A DNA stretch of 63,401 bases, filler included, from Sphacelaria rigidula (lineage: Eukaryota), in the NCBI GenBank assembly GCA_964200075.2. It is 7 parts of 7 records of this genome, joined end to end, with 100 filler letters (N's around TTAATTAATTAA, not from the genome) between each part and the next. Parts side by side here need not be neighbours in the genome. Positions count along the whole stretch, not along the records: positions 1 to 8,973 come from CAXNAA020009608.1; positions 9,074 to 18,045 come from CAXNAA020009609.1; 5 more parts are not named here. The stretch is one strand, 5' to 3'. The first letter of the stretch is position 1. Every line of letters starts with the position of its first letter. The notes under the pieces were generated by a model. The model saw only the letters and a program-made list of their open reading frames with translations, had not been told where the DNA came from and made no database searches. Below, piece by piece: positions 1-12,466 of the stretch. The position numbers and the translations under genes are program-made.

Positions 1-71
1 CCCAACTCGTCTGTGTCGATGAGATATTGCTTTTAGAGCTTAAATCCGTTTTTAGGCTGGCCCAGCTCGTA

Positions 72-354
72 CAGCGTTGCCAGATTCAGTCGCCTTGTGA
101 ACATGACCAAATATATAGTGGGGTATATCTATTCCCGACTTTCCCCCGAGCACTTTTAATATGAGTTAGTGGTATCAACTGGGTTTTACTATGGGATGGT
201 GAGCAAAAAAATCGGGCGATGGGAGGTCGGACCTAAAAATAAAATGCAAGTAAATGATAAAAAATCGGGAATCCAAGCCCCAACCACTTCGGCTTTCTTT
301 TGTCTCGAAGGCTCTTTTGTGGGCCATGGACAGGGTACACCAACTTTGCAGTGA
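72..354 (+). mobile_element. Dispersed repeat with hAT-like terminus CAGCGTTGCCAGAT (second copy inverted at 45360-45641)
   Basis: 72-354 aligns by eye to the reverse complement of 45360-45641. Homology stops exactly at CAGCGTTGCCAGATTCAGTCG in both copies. The other terminus was not found. Confidence 0.7.
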
Positions 355-539
355 TAGCTCTCCCGGCGACAGCCCCCCTCCACTGGCCGTTCGGACGTGG
401 TTGATAATTTTCGCCTCGCCGTGATTGGGTAGGTCGCTCCCATACTTGTTCATTATTATTTTATGAATACATGGTGAACCCCTTGTTCATGAGCTTCAGT
501 CCCAAAAGGGTTGAGTCATCATCTTGCCATGGTGAGTGT

Positions 540-1249
540 TCAAATGCCTCTCGAGCAGGAGCCGATCCCTCGTCCTCCAGCTCCTACAGTGCCTCCACCG
601 TACCCTTCAACAATACCGCCGACACTAGATTTCGGTTCCTCATCGTAAGCTCGCCTCACAATAGCTTCGGCACCTGGCAAAAGTGGTTGGGCAGAAAACG
701 CACCACCGGCGACACTGCCTCCTCGAGCCCCTAATGCGACATTGTTTAAATCGACCGCCCGAGCCCCGTCCACTCCCATTCCTCTACCTATATGTATTCC
801 GCCCCCCTTGGCGCCCTCGAGTGAACAGTTCTCCTGCGTTTCCGCATGATTCTTTGCCTGCGATGACTTTAGGTACACCATGTCATCACACGGCAAACCG
901 GCTGCTGCTGTGATGGAGCTGGCGGACACTGGGGCGTTGCTGTCATCATTGCGATGGCAGTGTCCCGACACCGTCGACGTTTCCCGCTGGACGGGTTCTA
1001 CTTTGGTCTTGCTGTTGCCAGCATTTTGGGGGGTGGACGATAGGTCTAGCACCTCTGGTGGTGACGATGGTCGTACTGATCTTGACGGTGGAAGTTGCTG
1101 TGCCTGAGCACCACTACTACCGTTGCGACCCGGAGCAGCAACCGGTGCGTTTGGGCGGTAATCACTATCTTCCCGAGAGGTCGATGGGGGTGTTGCCGCT
1201 GGAGATGTGAGCCTGTAGAAATAGGCGTGGCGGAAAACTCCGTGATCTC
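540..1249 (-). CDS. Probable (terminal) coding exon of an unidentified gene, low-complexity S/G/A/P-rich
   Basis: Long open frame inside ORF 540..1409, preceded by the pyrimidine-rich acceptor TTTCTGCGCAG at 1250. No recognisable domain. Confidence 0.45.
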
Positions 1250-1885
1250 CTGCGCAGAAACGAAACACGTATTCACAAGACAGCCGAAGATTTTTCTTGT
1301 ATGTACGACACATAATCAGTAATTGTTTACGACAGACACGGCGAAGCGATCGGTTGAATGGATTCAACCTCACAGAGCCTTTTGTGCCACCTCGCAGGAC
1401 GGAGGGCATGATCTCTGTTCAAGTGAGTACTTACGTTGTCACCGCATGACGTTTCGGCAGTTGGAAATAATACAACTCAAAATAGGCGAGAGATAGTTAC
1501 CCCTTCGACCGCGGTGCGGGTAGTCCATGCGGATGACGCATACTTTTTTCCAGGGGTCTACACGTTACACGTTCACGTTCACGTTACGTTACGTATGTCA
1601 CGTTAAATGAATTTGAACGTTACGTTAATGTTTCATATGAAAATTTAACGTTACGTTCATCACGTAAAAAATATTTAACGTTACGTTTCGTTGCATGTAA
1701 TGCAATAAGTAACGTTTCAATGTCACGTGTAACGTCTAATATAACGTTACGTCGACACGTGTAACGTTCGAATGTAACGTTTCGTTCTGTGCATGTCGCG
1801 GCTCATTTACCAGTGTTTGAGGCATTGTCATGTGTCGTTTAACGCGTGATGTTACCGTGTACGTGGCGCTGACGGTGGCCCGTCG

Positions 1886-3361
1886 GGCTAGTTCTCACGT
1901 ATAAAGAAAACTCTATAAAAAAACGCGTTTTCTGATAACCCATTTCATATGTGATCAGAAAACGCGTTTGACATCCCGCCGCACGCCAACACACCCTCCA
2001 GTCCACGACAGCAGCCATGGGTGGCTTGGCTGCCATAAACACTGCTGTCGCTGGTGCTCGCGGGTAGTCAGCGTGTTGCTTCATTGTCCTTCGCTCGCCA
2101 GTATCATGGTAGCTCTTTACCCCATGAGAACAGCACAGGGCAGGGTCGATGGCGAGTGCTGTACACTCTGTGTGTAGTTTGCACAGATAGCATTGTCGCT
2201 CGCATTTCAGGTCTGTGCATGCAGCGTGATGCGAACAGCACTCGCGATGCAGTACAGACTGCCCACGCACCCAAGACTTGTAGAGACAGGATCGCACTGA
2301 CCATACACACAAGACCACAGTATAAGCAGTAGTGCTACTGCTGTAGTATCTACAAGGCTTGGGAGCCTGGGCAGTCTGTACTGTTTTCGAGTGCTGTTCG
2401 CAACACGCTGCATGCAGACATGAACTGAGCTACATTGCTGCGCAGCCAACCTACATACAAAGTGTCTGACAGCACTCGTCATGGACCCTGCCCTGTTTTG
2501 TTCTCATTGGGGTAAGGGATAAGGGCCATCACGCTACTGGCGAGCGAAGGACGATAAAGCAAAACGCTGACTGCCCGCGAGCACCAGCGACAGCAGTGAT
2601 GATGGTAGCCAAGCCATCACTACAACAAGGTTTTTGTGGGATTGAGAGTAAAGGATACGATTGAGAGTGAAGAGCGGTCAATTACTGTAGTGCATTACCC
2701 GTTTCAGTTCCGAAATGCCCTTCCACGAGACCTGGTTTGCTTTCTGTAGTAGCTTGCCACTCAGACCCTTGATATCCTTAAGTAGGATATTGACGTGTGG
2801 CTTGTAGCACACGCCAGTGATGGAGGGGAGAAAACGTGCACACGGAATGAATAATTGGCTGGGTTGAAGCGAATGAATAAAGCCACTCCCAATCAGCGCT
2901 CTAATCTCAATCTCACGAAAAAATTTACAGCCAATGCATACAATACAGTAGTGTGTACTCTTGTCCGTGCTTTCCTTTCAGTCAAGTACTACCGTGCAGT
3001 GAAAAGTACAACCGTCACTTCTACAGTCAGTTGTTAGTACAGCAAGGCGGTGTTCGTATTGATCGTCTTCCGTCACGCAGCCCACTATGTATTGCTCAGG
3101 CCATGTATCATAACAGTAGTACAGACAGTCAGTACGGACCGTACACAACGACACGACAGCGGAGTGCTGCGTCTATCTCGCGCGCCCCAGAATTTGAAAT
3201 CATACCTGTACACCTCATAGAGAACGCGATGAGCACTGCGTTTCCAATTTTGACCGCGCGTTGATATCGTGAGGAAGGCTACTTTGAAAATTTATGTGGA
3301 AAATCGCGCTGTTGAGAAACGGCTCTTCTGACAACGTGTTTTTTATACATGGGAAGTAGCC
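1886..3361. mobile_element. Nested Harbinger-like TIR element containing a ~600-bp imperfect palindrome (2022-2616)
   Basis: Imperfect TIR GGCTAGTTCTCACGTATAAA vs reverse complement GGCTACTTCCCATGTATAAA. A homologous arm at 9074-9421 ends ...GAAGTATCC followed by TAA. TSD here is degenerate (TCG/TTG). Confidence 0.6.
2624..2926. mobile_element. ~300-bp MITE, AACAA..TTGTT family (degenerate copy)
   Basis: Colinear with 58405-58704 along its length. TIR core GTGRGATTGAGAG / CTCAATCTCAC. Confidence 0.75.
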
Positions 3362-4142
3362 TTGAATGTGGTCGAGATGATTATGATGTTATGAATGTGA
3401 CGTGTGGTGGGGAGAACGCGAAATTTTTACAATAGTACCATATCTATATACCATGGTCATTCAAACTCACTCGTGTTAATTGAAGCACCATCTTCCAGGA
3501 TTTTTGTTTTCATTGCAAACTTGAAGTTTCACCACTGCATGTGATGTGTTCATGACCTTTCATGTAACGTGTAACGTAACATATAACGTTACGTGTAATG
3601 TGTAACGTCTAATGTACGTGTAACGTGTAATAGACGTTACACGTTACATGAAACGTTTCATTATACGTGATTTGAACGTTTGGGCAATTAAACGTTCACG
3701 TTACGTTACGTATGTCACGTTAAAACAAATTAACGTTACGTTAACGTTTCATTTGAAATTTTAACGTTACGTTCATCACGTGAAAAAAAATTAACGTTTA
3801 CATTACGTTTCGGCCAAAACGTAACGTGAACGTAACGTGTAACGCTGTGGCATGTGTAACGTGTAGACCCCTGCTTTTTGCAAGTGAATTTTGAGGCTGA
3901 TTCAGCAGGTGACCTTCCCTCGCTATCAAATGGTCAACACGTGGGGCGATATTGATCATGATTCGTGCACATTCAACTTTTGCGCATCAACCGCGCGCTT
4001 CGTGCAAGACATGCCATGTGTACATGTTTTGCACTCGTCTTGTGTACTACTTCGAGCATGTAATTTTCTCACCCGTGAGTCATACAACAAGACGTCACCC
4101 ACACATTCCCTCCCCGCCATTCGTACCGCATGAATCAAACCA

Positions 4143-4709
4143 CTCCGCTCGTTCCGTATCATAAGCTGGATAAGGACCAAATGCGGCCTAACTCCGGTAT
4201 ATCTTACTCTTTTTTCGAACAGTTTCTTCTTCGGTTTCGTCTTCTTCACACGGTTCGGCCAGAACCATTTTTTTTATTATATTTCCCTCCAAAAAAGTTC
4301 TTCCACGCCCGCAGAAGTAGCTCGGAATCACCACCCCCACTTTGCACCTCTGGTCAAAAGCCCTTCCATCGTATGGTGAGGCATGTCAGCTAATGGAAGC
4401 GCCTCCCAGGTGCAAAGACGTGAGAATTTCAACGATTTGGAAAGAGAGGAGATAATTCGGTACCTCCTCGCCGGCAGTGAAAGTGGGGTTCTCAAGCAAG
4501 TGCGTACCAGGCAGTCGGGAAGAAGTTCGGCTGCCTGGTACGCACCTCGCTCAAGAACTCCATCTTTGCTGCCGGCGAGGAGGCACCGAATCATCTCCTC
4601 TCTGCCCGACGTCCCGCAGTGGCTAGGTGACCTACCTTCCAGCATATGGTACAATCCACGCTCATATCCAGGATATCCTTACCCAGCTTATATTACGGAA
4701 CGGAGGGAG
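4143..4709. mobile_element. Stowaway-type (Tc1/mariner) MITE carrying an inverted-duplicated transposase N-terminus
   Basis: Right TIR reverse complement CTCCCTCCGTTCCGTAATATAAGCTGG followed by TA. Left end CA|CTCCGCTCGTTCCGTATCATAAGCTGG. Internal hairpin 4443-4603 encodes EEIIRYLLAGSESGVL (+) and EEMIRCLLAGSKDGVLERGAY (-). Confidence 0.85.
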
Positions 4710-6299
4710 TACATTTTTTCACGTATGATCTATGCACGCAGGACTCATAAGGTGAATCATGCCTGATATTTCTCCACTAATATGTTTATATGCCATGAAC
4801 CAATCGTACCTATACCCCCCTCATGATTTATACCTCATGAATTAAACAGAGGATATCCCCCATCCGTGAGTTAGTTGTACGGGATGAACCAAAATCAACA
4901 CTTTTCCCAACAGCAATTAACGCGGCGACTTGATTAGTCAAGGGGCAAGACGAGGGGCGGGGGGAAGGGGGCAGTTTCTTAACCATTGAGTTGATCGCTG
5001 ATTGATGTGGCGGACAATTTCTCAGTTCTTCCATTTGCGGTAAGATAAGAGGGCGATGAAGGTGAGAAGCTCGAGATAAATATCCAGCATGAACTCTGAC
5101 CTACGCATTTCTCTCAGTAGTTCGGTGAACACTTGACATATCGTTATTTTCCAACAGTGGGAGTCCGAAAAATTACTGCATCACTCCCACGTTATGAACG
5201 GTCGCTTGTTGGTTATGATTGGTTTTAGCCTGTATTGTATTGCATTGCTTGGCACTACGTACTTGTGTTGACACAGACACAAAACTTACTTGGCCGGGGT
5301 GGGTGGGGTGTTGGTTCGCCAGCCTCAAGAGGTGGTCACTTGTTCATTTCTTTGTGCGCAGAAAGTAGCCTCTTTGAAAAAGCAATATCTTCCGATCAAT
5401 GTGTGCCGTTCAAGGCGCAAGTCTATGAAATACATAAAAACAAAGCAGATATCATAGTATTGGAAATGTGCAATTCAAGGCGTGAACTATAGAAAGCCAC
5501 CATAGTGCGTAAAGTAGATGTCTTTGCACTGATCATTTCATAGGGTAGCCGTAAGAAACGTGGTTCGTTCTCGTTTCCCACCCGTGATTATCACGGTATG
5601 AATCGTCCTTCCCATCCGCGCTCCATACAGCATGAATGCAGGGCACATTTCCCAAGTACGATTTATACGGCATGAATCGAACGTACGTTATTCTCACGTC
5701 TGATCCATACGGCATCAAACAAGCGTAAATGTTTCTCATCTGTTCCGAGAGCGATAAAGCTGACGTTTTATCTAGCACTGGTTCATGAGGTAATAATCGA
5801 ACGTACTTGATCCCGTTCGTGATTCGTGTGAAGCTACTTCGAACGTACATCCCCTCCTCAGCGACTCGCACGTCGCAACTCTTTGGCACATAATTCTCAC
5901 TCGACATTCGCAAGCAGCCACCCCGTGCGAAGCATGAGTCGTCATACGTGTGAACTGCATGGTCGCGACGCGGTCTTGCATGTGCACCTTGACACTCGCG
6001 AGCGAAGCCGTATAGTTTTTTCAAGCTTAGTATCAATCCACCGTGCTGCGTTTTATTCGCACGCCCCCTCAGCTGTGATTTTCAGGGGCACCAGAATGAT
6101 CAACGGTCGCTCCGATGGGCGAAACACGCAGAACAGGGCCATGGAAGGTGCAGACAGGTGAAAAGTACGTGAGGACCCGCAACATTGAGAACAACCACGA
6201 CGTAGTCCAAGGACCTAGTAGAGTGATGTTCAACCGTCACGAGAACGATGACTACCTCATCACCTTGACCAAGTATAATTCACTAACTTTCATTTCTAA

Positions 6300-8420
6300 C
6301 CCAACTCCAGCTCACCTGTGCGTGTCAGGATGAGAGTGAGCATCTGCGAAGATGGGGGACATTCCCACTGGAGTACTTCCCCTGCGTGGTGGGTGCGTGT
6401 GGCTCCCATGGCGGACGCGCCTTCGATAGATGTGATGCTCAGTCGTACGCCAACAGTTGTTGCACTGTATCAAGACCCGGCAAATAGGGGGAGAAAATGC
6501 GGGATGGACGAAACTCGAGATAATGTAGAAACCCCCGTCCACGATGACCGCACCTAGTCAAACTCAAAACATGCGTAGAATTTACGCAATAACTCCTACG
6601 CGCGGATGAGATGGTGAACAGGACTCTACAACGCTGTGTACGTGCTAAATGGAAAGGTATTGTGATAAATCCAAGCGCGAAATATACCAAGACGATTGTC
6701 AAGCGAATTCTACCGTTTACCATCAAGCCGATTCCATCCTTTACCGTGTTGGCAACAAGAGAGCGATGATGGAAACTCGGGTTATCGTCTCCACTGGTAC
6801 CGCTCTACGATGCCGTTGGGATCAGAATCGAGCAGCCTCGATCCAAATTGGAACCCCCTAAAAAAACTGTAATACAAAGCATGTTTCCCCCCCGTGAATC
6901 CCCACGGGAAGCTGCTGTTAAAATGGTGACAACACTCCGACGCACCTCATGGTATTAATCAATACAAATAAGGCTGCACTTCCTCCCACAGGTACCACCG
7001 AAAGCGCTGCATCCGAGCCCAGAGCATGCGAGGCGATGACATCCCCCGAGACTGCTGGTGAGTCCACGAGCGGCCCGATCTGGCGTGCGAGATACAAAGT
7101 GATAGGCGTACAGATACGAAATCACGTCGTCAGACCAGTTGAGTATGGTACATAGCAGGGTATATCGGTGTTGACTTGTACAATGAAATTGAGGACGAAT
7201 TCCAATATTAATGCTAGGTCAATGTAATCAAACGTGAATCTGGGGAACCACCGTCCTCGGCGTACAAACCTCAATGTTCCCGCTTTCACGCAGGGTTAGT
7301 CAGCGATGGGCGACTAAATGATCTTCGCTCATGATTATAGAAGATGGCCGCCAACAAGTATTCCAGCACTGATAACTACTGCTGGCAGCAAGGCCCTCGC
7401 TTCTCAGCAGTTTGAGCAACCCTGCCAGTCAGTCGAGATGCTCGAACTGCTTCAGCCTTACTCAATTTCTTCACGCCTGACTATCGATGTCTTTCGTAAA
7501 CGATGTTCTTTGTACTCATACAATCTCCAGCACAAAGTAGTACCAGATCACCTATCCCTGACAAGCATTTGAACTCAAGTGTGAGCGAGGGATGCACGTT
7601 GTTGGTACATGGAAAGACGCCAGGGTCTCACCTCTAGCCATCGGTGCGACACGGCCTGGTGGAGCGCTGGGCCGACGGGAACTGCGGAAGGAGAACGCAG
7701 GCCTTTCTCCATTGCAGCAACCTACTGCACAAGTTTTTCGCATTTGGGTATAGTGCGATACGACAAAGACTTGGAGGAAATTTATCGTTCTTCTTTGAGG
7801 TGGTCTCTCCATTTCATTATTAGGCAGGTCGAGGAAACACTTGCAGGTTCTTCTGCAATTCTGTCACATTTTTTCGGCTGGTATTTTGAACATGCTGGAA
7901 CTGGACTGTTTCTCCAAGCCCCTAGATGTACGTTGAAGAAAAATATCCGTCCGAAGGAAACAGAACAGAGTCGTGCTAGGCGCTAGTGACACGTGCTCCG
8001 CCACTATTCCAGCACCTCCCAAGAACTGCCAACGCCACCTGTAAGTGTCTGGCACTGTAGACTGTGAAGCAGAAGTTGCTGCCGCGACCTTGAAAGGAGC
8101 CCAAGGCGGACGTCGATGTGCTACCGCCCAGGTACACAACGGATGCCGTATACTCCTTGCCACTCTCCAGAAACACCTCGCAGGAGATAGACCTGAGATT
8201 TAGCGAAGTGATGCGCGTCCTGCGTCAGTGCATCGACGCCCTTCTGGAAAAAAATCAGAAGTAGTCAATTTCTCATGCCTCTCATAAAGCTGATGGTGAG
8301 CTCGAAGTCCCGAATCTGAGGCCAACACCAGTGTCTCCTGCGTCAAGACTGTATTTTGCAACCATGCACCATATGTCAGCAGAAGAACATATTCTGATAT
8401 GGAAACGCTTTCGTGTAGGG
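6300..8420 (+). pseudogene. Highly decayed transposase, probably hAT
   Basis: Ordered motif relics across stops and frameshifts: TTESAAS (cf. TTDNAAN), IWRARYKV (two transitions from WCARHK, CxxH), LELLQPY, LFLQAPRCT (cf. LDPRFK), ASRLYFA..SAEEHI (cf. dimerisation motif). Boundaries approximate. Confidence 0.42.
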
Positions 8421-8794
8421 AGACGTTGGTGTAGATCCATGGGGCCCCTGGACCGTGAGCTTGCTGCTAGGTATACAGGCGATTGGCTGATTGCTCGACT
8501 GATTGATTGGTTAATTCATTGCTATTTGTCGCACATCAACTGATTTGCTACGAACTCAGTAGTGGTCAAAGGATAAAAATACCCACGGTCACGAGACACA
8601 GAAACACTTGCTAAGGGAGACTCGAAAAAAGTAAAATATGAAAGAGGAGAGAACAAGCAGTACTGTAAACCGTGAGCGCAAGAAGAAAACAAAACAGGTG
8701 TATATCTAGCGCCGGTTCGGGAAAAAGAAGATGTGAACGGCAGGCCCCGGTCGCAGGGCCTGAGGCAGCCAGACTGTGCAAGAAGAAAAACAAA

Positions 8795-8836
8795 ACGAAT
8801 CGAACCGAACCGAAACTGAACCGAACCGAACCGAAA
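8795..8836 (+). repeat. (GAACC)n pentanucleotide tract
   Basis: CGAATCGAACCGAACCGAAACTGAACCGAACCGAACCGAAA. Confidence 0.8.
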
Positions 8837-8973
8837 TTAGACAGTGAGAGCAGGTTACGACTAAGACATCCAAGGACTTCACAACTGAGGTATCCACGAA
8901 TCACAGTATTTGGGCAAGAGCTCCTCCCCACGAGATCTGCAGGAGCACGTGACAGAACACTGCTACGGCATGA

Positions 8974-9073
8974 NNNNNNNNNNNNNNNNNNNNNNNNNNN
9001 NNNNNNNNNNNNNNNNNTTAATTAATTAANNNNNNNNNNNNNNNNNNNNNNNNNNNNNNNNNNNNNNNNNNNN
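8974..9073. other. Artificial contig-joining spacer (N44-TTAATTAATTAA-N44)
   Basis: Exactly 100 bp with a six-frame-stop linker. Identical spacers at 18046-18145, 27118-27217, 36189-36288, 45260-45359 and 54331-54430. Contig sizes decrease 8973 to 8971. Internal 10-N gaps at 35107-35116 and 42172-42181. Confidence 0.98.
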
Positions 9074-9421
9074 CCATCGACCCTGCCCTCTGCTGTTCTC
9101 ATGGGGTAAAGGGCCACCACGCTACTGGCGAGCGAAGGACAATGATGCAATACGCTGAATGCCCGCGAGCACCAACGATAGCACTAGTAGTAGTGATGGC
9201 AGCCAAGCCGTCACATGTGCTGTCGTGGGCTGTAATGTGTGTTCAAAGGTGTTCAAACGAGGTTCACACGCTTTTTCAATAACGTTTTTCGATAGCGATA
9301 ACTTTGGGCTATCGGAAAATGTTATCAGAAAAATTCCTATCAGAAAACGCGTTCTCTGATCACATAATAAGTGGTTTTTTGCGTTTTCTGATAAAGTTTT
9401 TTCGATACATAGGAAGTATCC
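9074..9421 (-). mobile_element. Truncated copy of the Harbinger-like element seen at 1886-3361
   Basis: Reverse complement matches 1886-2150. Terminus GGATACTTCCTATGTAT flanked by TAA. Cut by the contig start. Confidence 0.7.
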
Positions 9422-10505
9422 TAAATATCCCAAACTTGGGGAGGGTGATGAGATCCTACTCAGCAACAGATTCGATTCTGCGTTATGGAAGAACCGAGTT
9501 TTTGTGCAGGAGCGGACATAATTTTTCATGGTGGTTGAAGTTTCTAGAAGCCATTTCAGAAGGTGTGAGGCCTGATCGATTCTTTGTGGGATGAGTCAGG
9601 TGGGATGATTCGGTGTGTGAGAAGCAAGAAGGTACAAGGGCAAGTGCACCTCCCGTCAAGTGGCAATAACGGCGTGTGGAGTAAGTTCGTAGTGTGCGTG
9701 ACTCGGGAGACGGGTGCCGCTGTTGTCTGAGTCTGTTTGGTATGCGTTTTTTTGCTTTCGAAAGCTCCAACAGACATGCCGTCGGGACAAGCGGGGTCAA
9801 ATCAGGGTGCTGGGGCAGGCGGCAAGGGCGAACGTAAGGCTACTGAGAGAGATCAGCACGCCCCCCACCAGGAGCCGTCGTCTGACGCATCCGTGACAGG
9901 TGGTATGAGAGGCAGTGGCGGGTTGTTCGCAGTCGGGATAGATCGTGTAAAGTCCACCAGAGGAATAGATAGCGGTGGGCTTCCGCGAGCCGCGGTCCAA
10001 CAGATTGACACGTTCGACAATTAGGTCAGGGATCTGACCGACAAGATATATTGGGTGGAGTATTGCGGTCGTACCTGAACTATTCCCAATATTTGGGTAG
10101 AGCTTGGAGGTCGGACCATCGCAGCACGAGGTTTGAGAGAGTAAATACCCGGGCATTTACTCTACCCGAGACACTCTTGGAACCTTCTTTGCAGCCGAGG
10201 AGATGAAAGTACGCGGGGTCAAGGATGCAGCAGTAGCGGCACTTGGCATCTGCAGAGAGCGATACGCGCGTGGCAAAGAGTCGCTCCTGCTACCTCCTCA
10301 CGTCTGCGGGGTTTCATTATCCCGATTTGAGGAGAGAAAGTCCGTAGTAGTCGTACTCGCGGAGCAGGAAACATGAGCAGCAACTACCTTATATCAACGC
10401 GAGAACACCGGATACCCGTTTCGGCTCCTAACTCGTAGCCCTTCGGAAATCAGAGCCATAACAAATACTGAGGGAAATATCAACAAAAAAATGTAAAAAG
10501 GATTC

Positions 10506-11117
10506 CAAGGTGAACTTCTGTGGGGTACGCGTATGTTCGGTAGGGTATGAGTGATGCTACGGTAGGGGTGCACAAATATTTTCTGAGGTTAGAATTGTCA
10601 GCAGTCCTTCATCTCATCCAAAACACGACTTACAAAATATGCGAGAGTACGTCAGGGATTACATTAATATCCCAATGTGCCAGGGATACCCCCGATGAAT
10701 TTGCAAACGGGAACGCCCTGACCCATATCCTTGTGCATCTAGAATCATTAGAACCCCCTGAACCAGACACGATTTTGCGCAAAAAGTGCACCCCTACCGT
10801 AGCATTGCTCATAGAGCAATTTCTTACGGAACTTGCAGAATTGTCGGATGTTCCGGGATGAAAGTCTTGCAGAACTTACAGAACCTGCCGGGTACGGTGT
10901 GGAGGTTGTATTGAAACCCTGACCCGCAGTCGGGTATTTTTACAAGGGTATACCAGCGCCCCGGGTAAGGGTACATACACATTTCGTACAAATTATACGG
11001 AATTTTCGGGTACCGGTATGAGAGGCTTACGAAACTCACGGAACTATCGGGTCCGAGTAGTACCCGGGTAAATACCCTGGTTTTGGAGAAAACCGTACCC
11101 TACAGAGCACAACCTTG
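10506..11117. mobile_element. CAAGGT..ACCTTG element with degenerate internal tandem units, interrupted by a MITE
   Basis: Imperfect 24-bp TIR (CAAGGTGAACTTCTGTGGGGTACG vs reverse complement CAAGGTTGTGCTCTGTAGGGTACG). Recurring CTTRCRGAACTYRCRGAA units at 10823-11050. Confidence 0.55.
10549..10810. mobile_element. ~260-bp MITE with TIR GAGYRATGCTACGGTAGGGGTGCAC
   Basis: 25-bp near-perfect TIR. Second full copy at 55756-56013. A longer relative with the same TIR at 62071-62768. TSD length ambiguous (AT or TA here). Confidence 0.85.
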
Positions 11118-11888
11118 TACTTTTATGTTGGCTATCATCGAAAGCGCAAAAAAAGAAGAAAAAAGAAGTGCTTTCAGGCTACTGAAGTGCATGAGGTATG
11201 GAGGATCATTTATTTGGCCATTTTTGGTGTATCATGAGAACACATGCTTTTTTTGTCCCACACCTTGTAGAGATATACTCGAGAAGGCCTACTTGTTGCC
11301 ACACAATAAATGGTCCCCGAGGAATCGAGCTGTGGTCACAAAATAGATTCACCCTACAGGCTGGTTCACGCTTTTGACCCAAACTTCTCTCATCAGCAAA
11401 TTCCTTCCGCACTACATACTCAACAGCCGCATACACTGTGTCCTACTGACCACCATGGACAACTGAAAAAGGGTGACATACCCGGACTTTCGTTCAAGGC
11501 CACAGCGGTGGCGCTGAGGACGATAATGTACCTCAACCAATCAGTACTCTCAAAAAAAGTTCTGAAATTCAAAATACGAAATTCTCAGCTCAGTATTTGC
11601 TCAATCTCTATATGCTTCAAATCAAAGTAACCGCATCAGCTCAGGAATCTAACGAAGAAAAACGCATTTTGAGAACGGTCACTATCAATATAGGATCGAA
11701 TTATACCCAAAACCATGGTATTTCGGGGATGTGAGGTTTTGGCGTCCTCGGATTTCTACTGATGATATGCATCGGAGACCCAGGAAGCCTCTTGGCGACC
11801 TCCCTCTTGTATCTGTTGTAATAAAGCTAGATCGCCCTGAAACTTGGCAGTTCGGTAGGTATTGGTCTCCAGATTTTGAAAAATTATA

Positions 11889-12466
11889 CTCCCTCTGACC
11901 GGTAAAATAAGCAAGGTTTGGACAAAATGCGGTCTAACTCGGGTCTACAGAACTCTTCTTCGGAACGTTTATCTTGTTTTGGTTACACCGCGCTGGCGCG
12001 CAGCGCGCAGAACCGTTGTCTTTTTCAAGAGCTAGGAAAAAAAGTGGGTTTCACCGCAGCAGACGGCACCCGCTTCACCACCCCAACTTTGAAGCCCCGG
12101 TCAAACGCCTTCCCATCTGCTGGTGGGACATGTCCGCTGCTGGGAGTACCTTTAAGGGGTAAAAACTCAAGAATTTCAACGTTTTCTAGAGAGAACAACT
12201 GATTCGCCATCTTCTCGCCGGCAGCAAGGACGGGGTTCTGCGGCACGGTCCAGATTTCCGCCATTTCCCCGATCAGGGGATAGTAACGCAACACCCCCCA
12301 CCCCATCGAGAGGATTTTATTCTCTCTCTCCAACGTGATATCTGATCGTATGCGAAAGTTGTCCGACGCCCAACGTGCCCAAATGGCACGTTTCTGTCAA
12401 TATCATACAAACCTCGCTCATATTACCGGAAACTCAAACATTGCTTATTTTACCGGTCAGAGGGAG
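11889..12466. mobile_element. Stowaway-type (Tc1/mariner) MITE with transposase 5' remnant
   Basis: 31/32-bp TIR CTCCCTCTGACCGGTAAAATAAGCAA(G/T)GTTTG with TA on both sides. From 12130 it reads MSAAGSTFKG*KLKNFNVF*REQLIRHLLAGSKDGVLRHG. Left half is homologous to 4143-4490. Confidence 0.92.

Larger units (their letters stand above)
1551..3873. mobile_element. Non-autonomous hAT-superfamily DNA transposon (2.3 kb) with ACGT-rich subterminal repeats
   Basis: Perfect 20-bp TIR CAGGGGTCTACACGTTACAC (1551-1570 / 3854-3873). 8-bp TSD CTTTTTTC / CTTTTTGC (7/8). About 250-300 bp of AACGT/ACGTT motifs at each end. Confidence 0.88.
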
